NCBI GenBank assembly: GCA_046583315.1
Contig: JAYGCN010000010.1
Span: 1 to 24,854, forward strand
From: Candidatus Hydrogenedentota bacterium
GTDB lineage: Bacteria; Hydrogenedentota; Hydrogenedentia; Hydrogenedentales; GCA-2746185
Direction: 5' to 3'
Length of the DNA stretch: 24,854 nt
Position 1 is the first letter of the stretch. Each line of letters begins with the position of its first letter. Shown here one piece after another: positions 1-8,396 of this stretch. The translations under genes were made by a program, and so were the position numbers. A model generated the notes under the pieces. That model did no database searches, was not told the origin of the DNA, and worked only from the letters and a program-made list of their open reading frames with translations.

Positions 1-165
1 TTCTTAGCAGCTTTCTTCTTGGCTGCTTTCTTCTTAGCCGGCTTTTTCTTAGCAGCTTTCTTCTTGGCTGCTTTCTTCTTAGCCGGCTTTTTCTTAGCAG
101 CTTTCTTCTTGGCTGCTTTCTTCTTAGCTGGTTTCTTCTTAGCAGCTTTCTTCTTGGCTGGCTTT
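1..165. repeat. 15-bp tandem repeat (KKKAA/KKKPA pentapeptides) with a 45-bp higher-order period
   Basis: 1-45 and 46-90 are identical (ttcttagcagctttc-ttcttggctgctttc-ttcttagccggcttt), 91-135 is near-identical, and further 15-mers run to 165. Confidence 0.95.
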
Positions 166-239
166 TTCTTTGCTACAGCCTTTTTCTTCTTTGCTGCCGG
201 TTTCTTCTTAGCAGCTTTCTTCTTCTTTGCAGCGGCCAT
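1..239 (-). CDS. Histone H1-like Lys/Ala/Pro-rich DNA-binding protein (HctB/AlgP-type repeats), 3'-truncated by the window edge
   Basis: ATG at 239-237 on the minus strand with SD GAGGAG (252-247). Reads MAAAKKKKAAKKKPAAKKKKAVAKKKPAKKKAAKKKPAKKKAAKKKAAKKKPAK... with no stop before base 1. Absent from the ORF track, which lists only its antisense shadow (19..387 +). Confidence 0.9.
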   Translation of the reverse strand, partial: MAAAKKKKAAKKKPAAKKKKAVAKKKPAKKKAAKKKPAKKKAAKKKAAKKKPAKKKAAKKKAAKKKPAKKKAAKKKAAK

Positions 240-304
240 TGTCAATCTCCTCTATTGCCACTCCACTCCATTCAAGATGATTTGGCGAAATTCCACGGCG
301 ACAG

Positions 305-604
305 GCCGGGCTTCGTGTCTGAACCATATCGCATCGTCGTTACGTGCAACCCGGCTCAAGATCCAAAACATCCATGGCGTACTATAACAACGACGCACCA
401 ACAGTGATGCGTCGTGTTACGTAAGAAGTTACAAGGCGGGAGAGTCGTTGAATTGAATGAGTCTTGTCGGTAAGTTGTAGGTCTACCGATCAGTTCTCAC
501 CACCTTGGCAAGTGAACGTCGTCGCATGATCGTTGTCTCGAAAATAGTACGTCGTCGGCTGTTGTGTTCCAAAAAAAGCCGAGTCATCCCCCGAACGTTC
601 ACTT
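305..604. ncRNA. Candidate structured RNA (probably the long 5' leader of the histone-like gene); family not recognised
   Basis: Four consecutive paired domains found by eye: 305-310/350-355; 385-397/408-419; 432-444/494-507 enclosing 467-472/484-489; 510-519/595-604 (perfect 10 bp) enclosing 555-560/577-582. Confidence 0.45.
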
Positions 605-628
605 TTTTGTTACTTACTATTCAACTGT

Positions 629-690
629 ATACTACTCGTTTATCAGAAAAATCATAAAAAGGCAAGGTTTTTTTTGAAAAATATTTTTTG
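629..690 (-). promoter_or_regulatory. Putative sigma70-type promoter with an upstream A/T tract for the histone-like gene
   Basis: On the minus strand: TTGCCT (665-660), candidate -10 boxes TAAACG (642-637, 17-bp spacer, preceded by TG) or TAGTAT (634-629), and an A/T tract at 668-689. Confidence 0.4.
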
Positions 691-882
691 AGTCACTGCT
701 TTTTTGATTCTTTTTTGCGAAATTTCTTATTCGCGCCATCGCACTTTCTTAAAATGCGACGACAATCATCGCGACGTTCAACAAAATTTTCGGGCGAAAA
801 CGGCATCTCCATTCGCATGCGCGAATGATTCCTCCACTTCTGAGGAATAGCGAAACCTATTGCGATCTGGCTCGGGTACGCG

Positions 883-891
883 TGGTAAACT
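883..891 (+). promoter_or_regulatory. Putative extended -10 promoter of ahcY
   Basis: TGGTAAACT matches TGnTAnnnT, about 85 bp upstream of the ahcY ATG. Confidence 0.45.
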
Positions 892-974
892 ATGCGTATC
901 AGGAACCTTAAGTGGCTTAACGGGTACCTCTTTGATACCAACGGAGACCTCTATAACAAAGGAGTAAGAGAATC

Positions 975-2417
975 ATGGCTGTTACGAGTAGCGACCAGGC
1001 TTCGGCCTACAAGATCGCAGACATCGGCTTGAGTGACTGGGGCCGAAAAGAAATTGATATTGCCGAAAAAGAGATGCCTGGATTGATGTCGGTACGTGAA
1101 CAATATGCTCCCGATCAGCCCTTAAAAGGCTATCGTGTAATGGGATCGCTTCACATGACCATTCAGACGGCTGTACTCATCGAAACCTTAGGTGCTCTGG
1201 GTGCGGATGTGCGCTGGGCAAGTTGCAACATTTTTTCCACACAGGATCACGCGGCGGCGGCGATTGCCAAGGCGGAGTACCCGGTCTATGCCTGGAAAGG
1301 GGAATCGATCGAAGAATATTGGTGGTGTACGTTACAGGCGTTGACATGGCCTGATGGATCGGGTCCACAACTTATTGTTGATGATGGTGGTGACGCAACC
1401 CTTCTCATTCACCGGGGTTACGACTTTGAGGAACATTTCACCGAGCATGGTACGCTTCCCGAAATTGATCGCAGTAATAGTGAAATTGAAATGATTGATA
1501 CGTTGCTTCACGAAGTTCATGCACTGGATCCGGAAAAATGGCACCGCTATATGGCCGATTGGGTTGGACTTTCCGAGGAAACCACAACCGGTGTACATCG
1601 CCTCTACCACATGATGAAAGATGGCACGTTGAAGACGCGCGCCATCAATGTGAATGACTCGGTCACGAAATCCAAGTTCGACAACCTTTATGGTTGTCGT
1701 GAATCGCTGGCTGACGGCATTAAACGTGCGACGGATGTCATGGTCGCGGGTAAAGTAACGGTTATTGCGGGGTATGGCGATGTCGGTAAAGGATGTGCGG
1801 CGGCAATGAAGGGTTTGGGGTCACGAGTTCTCGTTACTGAAATCGATCCCATCTGCGCGTTGCAAGCGAGCATGGAAGGGTATCAGGTCGTTACAATGGA
1901 AGAAGCGGCACCGATGGGCGACATCTTCGTGACCACAACAGGTTGTTGCGATGTGATTCGTTTCGAGCATATGGAGGCGATGAAGGATGAAGCGATCGTT
2001 TGTAACATCGGTCACTTCGATTCCGAAATTCAGGTGGCTTCGCTGGAAAACAATCCAGACATCACTGAACTGAATATTAAACCTGAAGTCGATAAATTCA
2101 TCTTTCCGGATGGCAAAAGCATCGTGATGCTGGCGCGCGGGCGATTGGTGAATCTGGGTTGTGCTACCGGTCACCCCTCGTTCGTGATGTCCAACTCCTT
2201 CACGAATCAGACCTTGGCGCAGATAGCGCTGGCAGTGGACACGGACAAGTACGAAATTGGTCAGGTGTATACCTTGCCCAAGAAACTGGACGAAGAGGTC
2301 GCTCGGCTCCATTTGGATAAGCTGGGCGTGAATCTGAGCACGCTTACGCAGGAACAGGCTGATTACCTTGGCTTACCGATTGATGGCCCGTACAAGCCCG
2401 AGCATTACCGCTACTAG
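975..2417 (+). CDS. ahcY: Adenosylhomocysteinase (SAH hydrolase)
   Basis: Motifs [78 protein letters not shown] and the C-terminus [18 protein letters not shown] at 959-964. Confidence 0.99.
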   Translation: MAVTSSDQASAYKIADIGLSDWGRKEIDIAEKEMPGLMSVREQYAPDQPLKGYRVMGSLHMTIQTAVLIETLGALGADVRWASCNIFSTQDHAAAAIAKAEYPVYAWKGESIEEYWWCTLQALTWPDGSGPQLIVDDGGDATLLIHRGYDFEEHFTEHGTLPEIDRSNSEIEMIDTLLHEVHALDPEKWHRYMADWVGLSEETTTGVHRLYHMMKDGTLKTRAINVNDSVTKSKFDNLYGCRESLADGIKRATDVMVAGKVTVIAGYGDVGKGCAAAMKGLGSRVLVTEIDPICALQASMEGYQVVTMEEAAPMGDIFVTTTGCCDVIRFEHMEAMKDEAIVCNIGHFDSEIQVASLENNPDITELNIKPEVDKFIFPDGKSIVMLARGRLVNLGCATGHPSFVMSNSFTNQTLAQIALAVDTDKYEIGQVYTLPKKLDEEVARLHLDKLGVNLSTLTQEQADYLGLPIDGPYKPEHYRY

Positions 2418-2440
2418 GCACAAAAACACCTAGGAACTAT

Positions 2441-2475
2441 GCCGGCAGAAGGACTTTCCCCTTCTGTCGGCTTTT
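2441..2475 (+). terminator. Intrinsic terminator of ahcY
   Basis: 12-bp stem gccggcagaagg (2441-2452) / ccttctgtcggc (2460-2471, one G-U) followed by TTTT. Confidence 0.85.
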
Positions 2476-2494
2476 CTGTGGGTCGTGACACAAG

Positions 2495-2525
2495 AAAAAC
2501 GCCAGAGGCGGAGGCCTCTGGCGTT
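2495..2525 (-). terminator. Intrinsic terminator of the convergent 769-aa gene
   Basis: Perfect 12-bp stem aacgccagaggc (2498-2509) / gcctctggcgtt (2514-2525) with a 4-nt loop. The plus-strand A-run at 2495-2499 gives the minus-strand U tail. Confidence 0.85.
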
Positions 2526-2553
2526 GCAATTACAGTTCTTTGCGGGTTGGCGA

Positions 2554-4863
2554 CTAATTCCCACCGATTCGTACTACGCCACCCTGTGGATTTTCGTTTC
2601 GGATCACCATCGGTGTATCCAATCTATTGGCATCGGAGAATGTGTCATTCCCCGCACCTGGGAATATATTGATTGTTCCACCCGAATTCAATACGGTCAC
2701 GGCATCCTCGGTCGAGTTGAAGGGTTGCTCCTTGGTGCCCGCTCCATTATTCACCCTCAGATAGTCTACATACACGTTGTCAAAGTTTATGTCAGGAGCG
2801 GAAAAGGCATTGACACCCCAGAAAACTACGGCTTCTGTGTCCTCGAATCCGGTAAATAATTCGCCTGGTTGATATTCATCTATGCCATATGTGAATTGAT
2901 CGTCATCAAAGGTGTTAAAAATACCATCGGGGCCGACACCAGCGATTTGTGAAAACGAACTTCCTGCATCCATTAATTCCCAAGTTTGGTTTGCGTTGTT
3001 CGTATGAAACGCTCCCAGAAAATGACCCGCCTCGTGAGCCACGATATTTCCGATGATCGTGCTGTACATCTTGACCTGAGCTTGGAATCTGCGTTGCGCA
3101 TCGATCTCATCTCCAGCACCCGTTATGGAAAAGAACGGTATAAGTGGTGCTTCCTCCGATATGATATCCAGCAATACAAAGGCTTGCTCGGAGGTGAGGT
3201 AATTGCCAGGATCGATGGTCTGTGAAAGTCCAACGGTAAAGATCCCCGTTTCTTCGATCTTTCCGCCAACAAGAATTTCGGCAAAATCTTCGAAACGCGC
3301 TTCGTAAAGAATGTCTCCCGGTTCGGGTGGCGGCCCGACACGGAGTTCAATATCATTCGGAAAGTGATTCCCGATGACTTGGAAAATTCCGGAGAGGAGG
3401 GCAAAATAACTGGACAATAGTTCATCGTCATTCCCAACAGGCAGACCCAATGGATCCAAGAACACGGCCATGGAACTTATCAAGAGATCGTTGTCGTTAT
3501 AAATCAGGCCAAGATCGGGGATATTGTATACCGAGGGGTTAAATTCGATGGGACCCCCTATGAAGGTAGTTATTTCCTCGGTGTCGGGATCGTATATTTG
3601 CTGAACCGTGCCAAAGGTCACGAATATACCTTGTTTTGAATTATCCTCTTCCAAGCCAGGTCGATAGGCACGAAGATCCATTTGATAGCCGATTGGCGCA
3701 CTACCCATGAACGCGATTCGATAGGTACCTGATTCGCCGATCACGTAAGATGCGTGCAGGTCTCCGTCGCTGTCCAAAGGACTCCCCGATGGATAATAAG
3801 CTGAAGCGTTTTCGCTGTAGAATACATCAAGATCACTGTTGGAACCTTGCGCAACCAACTCTGTGCCGAAGAGGTTTTCAAGGCGAATACCCGCTACCGG
3901 AGTGTTTTTCCCAACACTGCTTATGCCCAAGACATCACCGGCTTGTAATTGTACCTGGACGTAATCGACATCGGAGACGCGAATGGTGATATTGTAGTCC
4001 CCTTCCGAGGCGATGCCGGCACCCGATCCGGATAGGAAGGGGCTTTCTGGAAAATTATTGGTCAAGGGTCCGGGGCCACCACCCCAAAACTCGGGGTGCC
4101 ACGCACTTACTGAAACGTAATACACACCTTCTTGTTCCACCCGATAGGAAATAAACGAATCGAGGCTTCCATTGCGAGTGTCATCATCGGCGAAAGCCAC
4201 CACCGAGCCGAAAGCGTTCCAGATGATTACGAATGAATCGAGCGTAGCCCCGTTATCGAAGGTATCAATATCGACTTCAATGAAAACACCTTTCGGGATT
4301 GGTGTAAATGGCGTACCCACTTCATAGTAATCAAAATCACCTTGTTGGCTACCCGTGCTCCCGTGGGGGCCGTCACCAATACGGGATAGTGTCGCGGTAA
4401 CCTGCTTGGTGCCCAAACCTGTCTTCACCGCCAACGGAATAGAGCCGTTGTCTTCATGGACAAAGGTCTGGATGAATGTCAACGTCTCGAACGCGGCATT
4501 GATCAGAACTTCTGGATTTTGAAATTGGCCTGTTCCCAAGGGAATGGGCTGTGCCTGACTGGGGAGATCGTTCGGTTCCTGCTCGTTGAATTCTACAAAT
4601 GCGCGCGAGGAAAAATCTGTAACTTTATTCATGCGTTGCCAATAGTGCGCTGAACGCCAAAAGTCATAGTCAGGTTCCGTACCTGGTGGTAACCAGGCAA
4701 TCGCAGGGTCAGCAGTCGTGGGTGTCATCAGCGCGAGTTCTGCCTCGGTATAAATAGGCGTAAATTCTTTCGCCCATGCCCCGACACTGAATTGCAGTGC
4801 AAGCAGAAGAGCACACGCCGCGCCCAGCGTTGAGCGGCCTGACAGGAATCGTTGAGGTTTCAT
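2554..4863 (-). CDS. Secreted zinc metallopeptidase (metzincin motif) with pre-peptidase (PPC)-like domains and a DUF1565-like C-terminal domain
   Basis: Signal peptide ending AWA. EQEPND and GDFDYY...DIDT...LDS...DDD...DSFISY...GVYYVSV resemble PPC motifs. HEAGHFLGAFH fits HExxHxxGxxH, with a downstream LMD Met-turn candidate. C-terminal VYVD...GTKEQPF. Confidence 0.75.
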   Translation of the reverse strand: MKPQRFLSGRSTLGAACALLLALQFSVGAWAKEFTPIYTEAELALMTPTTADPAIAWLPPGTEPDYDFWRSAHYWQRMNKVTDFSSRAFVEFNEQEPNDLPSQAQPIPLGTGQFQNPEVLINAAFETLTFIQTFVHEDNGSIPLAVKTGLGTKQVTATLSRIGDGPHGSTGSQQGDFDYYEVGTPFTPIPKGVFIEVDIDTFDNGATLDSFVIIWNAFGSVVAFADDDTRNGSLDSFISYRVEQEGVYYVSVSAWHPEFWGGGPGPLTNNFPESPFLSGSGAGIASEGDYNITIRVSDVDYVQVQLQAGDVLGISSVGKNTPVAGIRLENLFGTELVAQGSNSDLDVFYSENASAYYPSGSPLDSDGDLHASYVIGESGTYRIAFMGSAPIGYQMDLRAYRPGLEEDNSKQGIFVTFGTVQQIYDPDTEEITTFIGGPIEFNPSVYNIPDLGLIYNDNDLLISSMAVFLDPLGLPVGNDDELLSSYFALLSGIFQVIGNHFPNDIELRVGPPPEPGDILYEARFEDFAEILVGGKIEETGIFTVGLSQTIDPGNYLTSEQAFVLLDIISEEAPLIPFFSITGAGDEIDAQRRFQAQVKMYSTIIGNIVAHEAGHFLGAFHTNNANQTWELMDAGSSFSQIAGVGPDGIFNTFDDDQFTYGIDEYQPGELFTGFEDTEAVVFWGVNAFSAPDINFDNVYVDYLRVNNGAGTKEQPFNSTEDAVTVLNSGGTINIFPGAGNDTFSDANRLDTPMVIRNENPQGGVVRIGGN

Positions 4864-4911
4864 TCTATTAAGATCCTTAATTCAATCGCAGATAGTTTTC
4901 TGATGTAAGGT

Positions 4912-4943
4912 ATTCTACCCGATCACAAGTGAAGTTGCACTGC
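4912..4943 (-). promoter_or_regulatory. Putative promoter of the metallopeptidase gene
   Basis: GTGCAA, 17 bp, TAGAAT (-10 at 4917-4912) on the minus strand. SD AAGGA precedes the ATG at 4863. Confidence 0.4.
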
Positions 4944-5107
4944 AATCTTCCGAATCCTCTACTAAAAATAGTAAAGAGTTTTGCACGAATAATCAAACAT
5001 TATTTGGGCAAAACATCATTCGTATGCCCTCGCAATTAGATAATACTGCGAATTTTGAAAAATATTTTACGTAATAACGCACAAATCCATAACCGCTAAA
5101 CCATTTC

Positions 5108-8100
5108 TTACTCGTCGGTGACGTCTTCGCCCTCAACTTCGCGTGTCGTGTTTGTGTTCCCGAAAGCTTTGGCGTAGCCCAACCCGATGGCAAGTAGCAC
5201 AACGCCGAGACCGCCATACGCGAAAACCCGGGCGACGGCATCGAGCGCTGTCGTGTCTACAACCACAACGCGCAGTGCGCAAAGGCTCAGTATTCCCAAA
5301 CCCGCGTAACGGTACATTTTTTGTTGCGTAGAAATGGCGAGCGCAAAGTAGCCCACCGATAACAGTGACCATGAAAGGGTTAGATAGAGCGCGGCAAGGT
5401 TTGGAATGCGTTCGAGCATGATAACCCCGAGCACCGAGGCGCACAGCACGCAGAAACCGGTGAGCATGGGTAACTGATTCGAGAATCGTTCTGGAGCGCG
5501 TAGTGCGATGGCGCGCTCGAACACGATAAACAGGGCTATCACGCCAATGAATCCAGTGAGCGTCGGTGCGAGCTGAAATAATTCGTGCGTTTCGTAGGAC
5601 CATCTTAGTTGTGAAATCACCGCGAGCAGTGTCGCCAAGAATGCAAGTATTCCGGCAGTCCGAGACCGTACGATAGCGGCATAGCCAAGAAACGCTCCTG
5701 CAAGGGCGACGGTGACGGTTCCGATCCAGGGAGCCAAGATATGAAGATCCATAAGTCGCAAACTGGTCAGGAAGGCAATGCACAGGAAGAAACTTCCGAA
5801 GTTTCGCTTGGATCGCATCGCAAAAAAACGGTCGCCGCCAATGCTGACTGCGATCATCGCAAACGCGGTGATGGTGTCAATCGTGGATAGGGTGTGGGTG
5901 TCAAAGAGGCTGGTCATCTCTAGTTGCCAAGCCAAATGCGCCCAAAGAAGATAGACCGCTGCACCAAGGGACAGTGCGCGCGTATGGAGCTTCATGCTCA
6001 ATCCAGCGGCGATGGATGATGCGACGAGTAGTGCGATGAAGAAGTGCATCGTGTCGAACCAGTGGGTCAGATATAGGCCGATGCTCCATAGGGCGATTGC
6101 GTAAAAGAAGTAGGGGGCCAATGGCACGCGGTGCAGGCCCAGGGCGTTTCGTTCGGGCAGGAGTTTTCTTTCGGTGGACAGGGCTACGAGCGCGGTCGCG
6201 ATGACGCCCACGATATACCACGCGGAAAATTGGTTGTTTACCATCGCATGCCAGGTCATGATGAATGTGGCCGTGGAGAAAAAGGTGCTGACCAGCGCGA
6301 ATGGTTTGCTGCGCACGAGCCAGGCGAGTAAAAGCAGTCCGACGGCAATCAGACCGTAGAGATTGAAACGGTGTCCAATGTCGATGAGCCGCAGAGTGTA
6401 GCTCAGCCAGAGCACGCCGCCGGCACTGGCATAGAGGCAAGGCATCAACAGTCCATCGAGTGGTTTCTTCGGCTCCTTTGAGCGGTCGTCCGGTTGGTCG
6501 TAGAGGTCGAGTTGCCAAAGAAAGGTGCGCAGACTGCGCGGCACGCTTACGCCGACGCGCATGCGGCTGCTCCAGTAGATGCGTTGATAGGCGAGGGCTG
6601 CAATCAAGAATGCGACCGAGGGAATCACCGTTTGAATCAGTGTGGTGACATACGCTTCGTCGTCGTAACGCATGTAGCGCATGACCAAGAGAAATGTCGC
6701 CATGCCGTGAACGAATACGATTGCAGCTACCACGTGGGCGAGTGCACGGGTGACGACCAGACCGGATTGTCTGGATGAAACCAGCAGTGCAATCATCTCG
6801 ATGGACAGTCCTACGGTCAAGGTGTGCCCGTCGAACTGCATGGCGAGTCCCAGGGTAGCCATCGTAACGGCTTTGGCAATGTAGGTGTTGTACATGGGAT
6901 CCTGGGCGCGTCGAAGATAGTACAAGACGGCAATACCTAGCAAGGTTGCGCCGAGGCAATATTGGAATACGTAGTGGTAGTCCTGGGTGAACTCGTAACT
7001 TTGCACGAGAATGCTTCCCAGAATGAAAAACAATGCCGTGTTGATCGTCACGAATAGACTTCGAATCGTGCTGGGCACAGACTTTCGGCGCAGTTGTTCG
7101 GGCGCGAATAATTCGCTGAGTGCAAAGATGAGCAAGTAGGCGGTGAGCACGCTGATGCCTATGGTAAATTCGAGCTTTGTGTCGGTGCCCTGACTGTTGA
7201 GCAACATGAGGAAGTGGTTGCCGTAACTGGCGATCATACCCACGGCGGCAACGTAGTACCAACGGTTCTTAAGCAGGAAAAATGCGCTGCCCAGGCTCAG
7301 CATCAGGATGCCGAAGACGGAATATATTCCCGGGTTTGCTACGGATAAACTGGTAAGAGCAATCGTGAAATGACCGAGCGCGGTAACCAGCATCGCGATG
7401 GTGGGCGATTGCTTTTTTTCCGCGATGAGCGCCCAGATCCCTACGATGACCGCCATGCCGGCAAGCGATGGCAGGGGTGAATCGAATATTCGCGCGAAGG
7501 GGATGAAGTGGGTCGCGAAAGTCACGAAGTACGCAGTGGCCAGTCCTGCGCCGTACAGCACGCGCGCATAGGGCGGATACTTTTGTTCGGTGAATCGACC
7601 ACCCGCGAGTAATGCTGCTCCGACACCGTAGCCGAGAACGATACGAAAGGCCGGGCCATATTTCTGCGCAGCCAGGGCGAGTACTATGAAAACGGCAATA
7701 ACGAGGGCCAGTGCGCCTGCCCGTGGTACGATGTAGGTACCGATGATGGTTTCCCAGTTCATGCCTTCAAACTTCGCGGCCCATTGCGATTTTTCTTTTA
7801 TCGGGATGGATGGAGCAGGTTGTTCAGATTCGTTCTGTGGGGTTTCAAACATTCCTTCTTCGTATTCAAAAGTCTTCGTGGGAGCAGACGGTTTTTCGAT
7901 GCCCGGTGACGCGGTTTCCTGTTCTTCAACCTTGATCGGTGCCACGTAGGGTGCGGGTGGCTGCGGCAAAGAAATTTCTTTTTCTTTCGGGGACGAGTCT
8001 TCCACAACGGACGGGACGGGCGCATCTCCGGACTTTGCAGTGTCGCGCTTCGGCTCTTTATCAAAGGCGACGGCGTTTTCCAGGCTGGTCACTTTTCGAC

Positions 8101-8218
8101 GAAGCACGATTTGCTCGCGACGCAGTTGGGTCACCTCACGATGGGCGATGAAGCCTTTAATGCTGCCGACCAGGATGAACAGCGCGACGCCTCCGAAAAT
8201 CAGTAGCATGAATTGCAC
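5108..8218 (-). CDS. DUF2339-family polytopic membrane protein
   Basis: N-terminal TM, short coiled coil, Pro/Glu-rich linker, then WETIIG...PRAGALAL...GPAFRI..G...GAALL, more than 20 hydrophobic segments, and the C-terminal RVVVVD...RVFAYGGLGVVLLAIG..Y pattern. GTG start with SD AAGGAGA (8231-8225). Confidence 0.85.
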   Translation of the reverse strand: MQFMLLIFGGVALFILVGSIKGFIAHREVTQLRREQIVLRRKVTSLENAVAFDKEPKRDTAKSGDAPVPSVVEDSSPKEKEISLPQPPAPYVAPIKVEEQETASPGIEKPSAPTKTFEYEEGMFETPQNESEQPAPSIPIKEKSQWAAKFEGMNWETIIGTYIVPRAGALALVIAVFIVLALAAQKYGPAFRIVLGYGVGAALLAGGRFTEQKYPPYARVLYGAGLATAYFVTFATHFIPFARIFDSPLPSLAGMAVIVGIWALIAEKKQSPTIAMLVTALGHFTIALTSLSVANPGIYSVFGILMLSLGSAFFLLKNRWYYVAAVGMIASYGNHFLMLLNSQGTDTKLEFTIGISVLTAYLLIFALSELFAPEQLRRKSVPSTIRSLFVTINTALFFILGSILVQSYEFTQDYHYVFQYCLGATLLGIAVLYYLRRAQDPMYNTYIAKAVTMATLGLAMQFDGHTLTVGLSIEMIALLVSSRQSGLVVTRALAHVVAAIVFVHGMATFLLVMRYMRYDDEAYVTTLIQTVIPSVAFLIAALAYQRIYWSSRMRVGVSVPRSLRTFLWQLDLYDQPDDRSKEPKKPLDGLLMPCLYASAGGVLWLSYTLRLIDIGHRFNLYGLIAVGLLLLAWLVRSKPFALVSTFFSTATFIMTWHAMVNNQFSAWYIVGVIATALVALSTERKLLPERNALGLHRVPLAPYFFYAIALWSIGLYLTHWFDTMHFFIALLVASSIAAGLSMKLHTRALSLGAAVYLLWAHLAWQLEMTSLFDTHTLSTIDTITAFAMIAVSIGGDRFFAMRSKRNFGSFFLCIAFLTSLRLMDLHILAPWIGTVTVALAGAFLGYAAIVRSRTAGILAFLATLLAVISQLRWSYETHELFQLAPTLTGFIGVIALFIVFERAIALRAPERFSNQLPMLTGFCVLCASVLGVIMLERIPNLAALYLTLSWSLLSVGYFALAISTQQKMYRYAGLGILSLCALRVVVVDTTALDAVARVFAYGGLGVVLLAIGLGYAKAFGNTNTTREVEGEDVTDE

Positions 8219-8396
8219 GGGTCTTCTCCTTGTATGGCTTGTACCTTACACGCTTGTGAAAGTAAAGAGCCGAAGGGTTATTGGACTATATTAAACAGTA
8301 TATATATTAACTACTTGGAAAGTTCCGTGTTCCTCCATAATTCTTTCATGGAAAGTGATTTATTTATCCTATAACTACTGAAACTAAAGGCGTTAG

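Noticed and set aside
1..165. Tandem repeats as a possible CRISPR array
   Set aside because: Contiguous in-frame 15-bp coding units, no unique spacers, and no cas genes.
19..387. 122-aa plus-strand Phe/Ala/Leu-repeat ORF that looks like a membrane protein
   Set aside because: Antisense shadow of the Lys-rich histone-like gene, which has the ATG and SD.
693..941. 82-aa minus-strand ORF in the ahcY upstream region
   Set aside because: No recognisable motifs and it overlaps the promoter and hairpin region; likely spurious.
840..952. Canonical SAH or SAM riboswitch call
   Set aside because: The SAH pseudoknot strands and the SAM-I core are not present. Kept only as an unclassified candidate.
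240..975. tmRNA, RNase P RNA or tRNA in the long intergenic region
   Set aside because: I found no tRNA-like T-arm/CCA end or GAGGAAAGTCC signature on either strand.
5901..7262. 453-aa alternative-frame ORF inside the DUF2339 gene
   Set aside because: Arg/His-rich with no motifs; expected off-frame openness in a GC-rich hydrophobic gene.
8286..8385. Short repeats (tatattaa, taactact, tggaaagt, each twice) in the AT-rich gap
   Set aside because: Only 8-mers in low-complexity sequence with irregular spacing; not distinguishable from chance by eye.
5108..8396. Including DUF2339 in the DprA/YhaO/YhaN module
   Set aside because: Separated by a 178-bp AT-rich gap that probably holds its own promoter. 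Only co-orientation links them.
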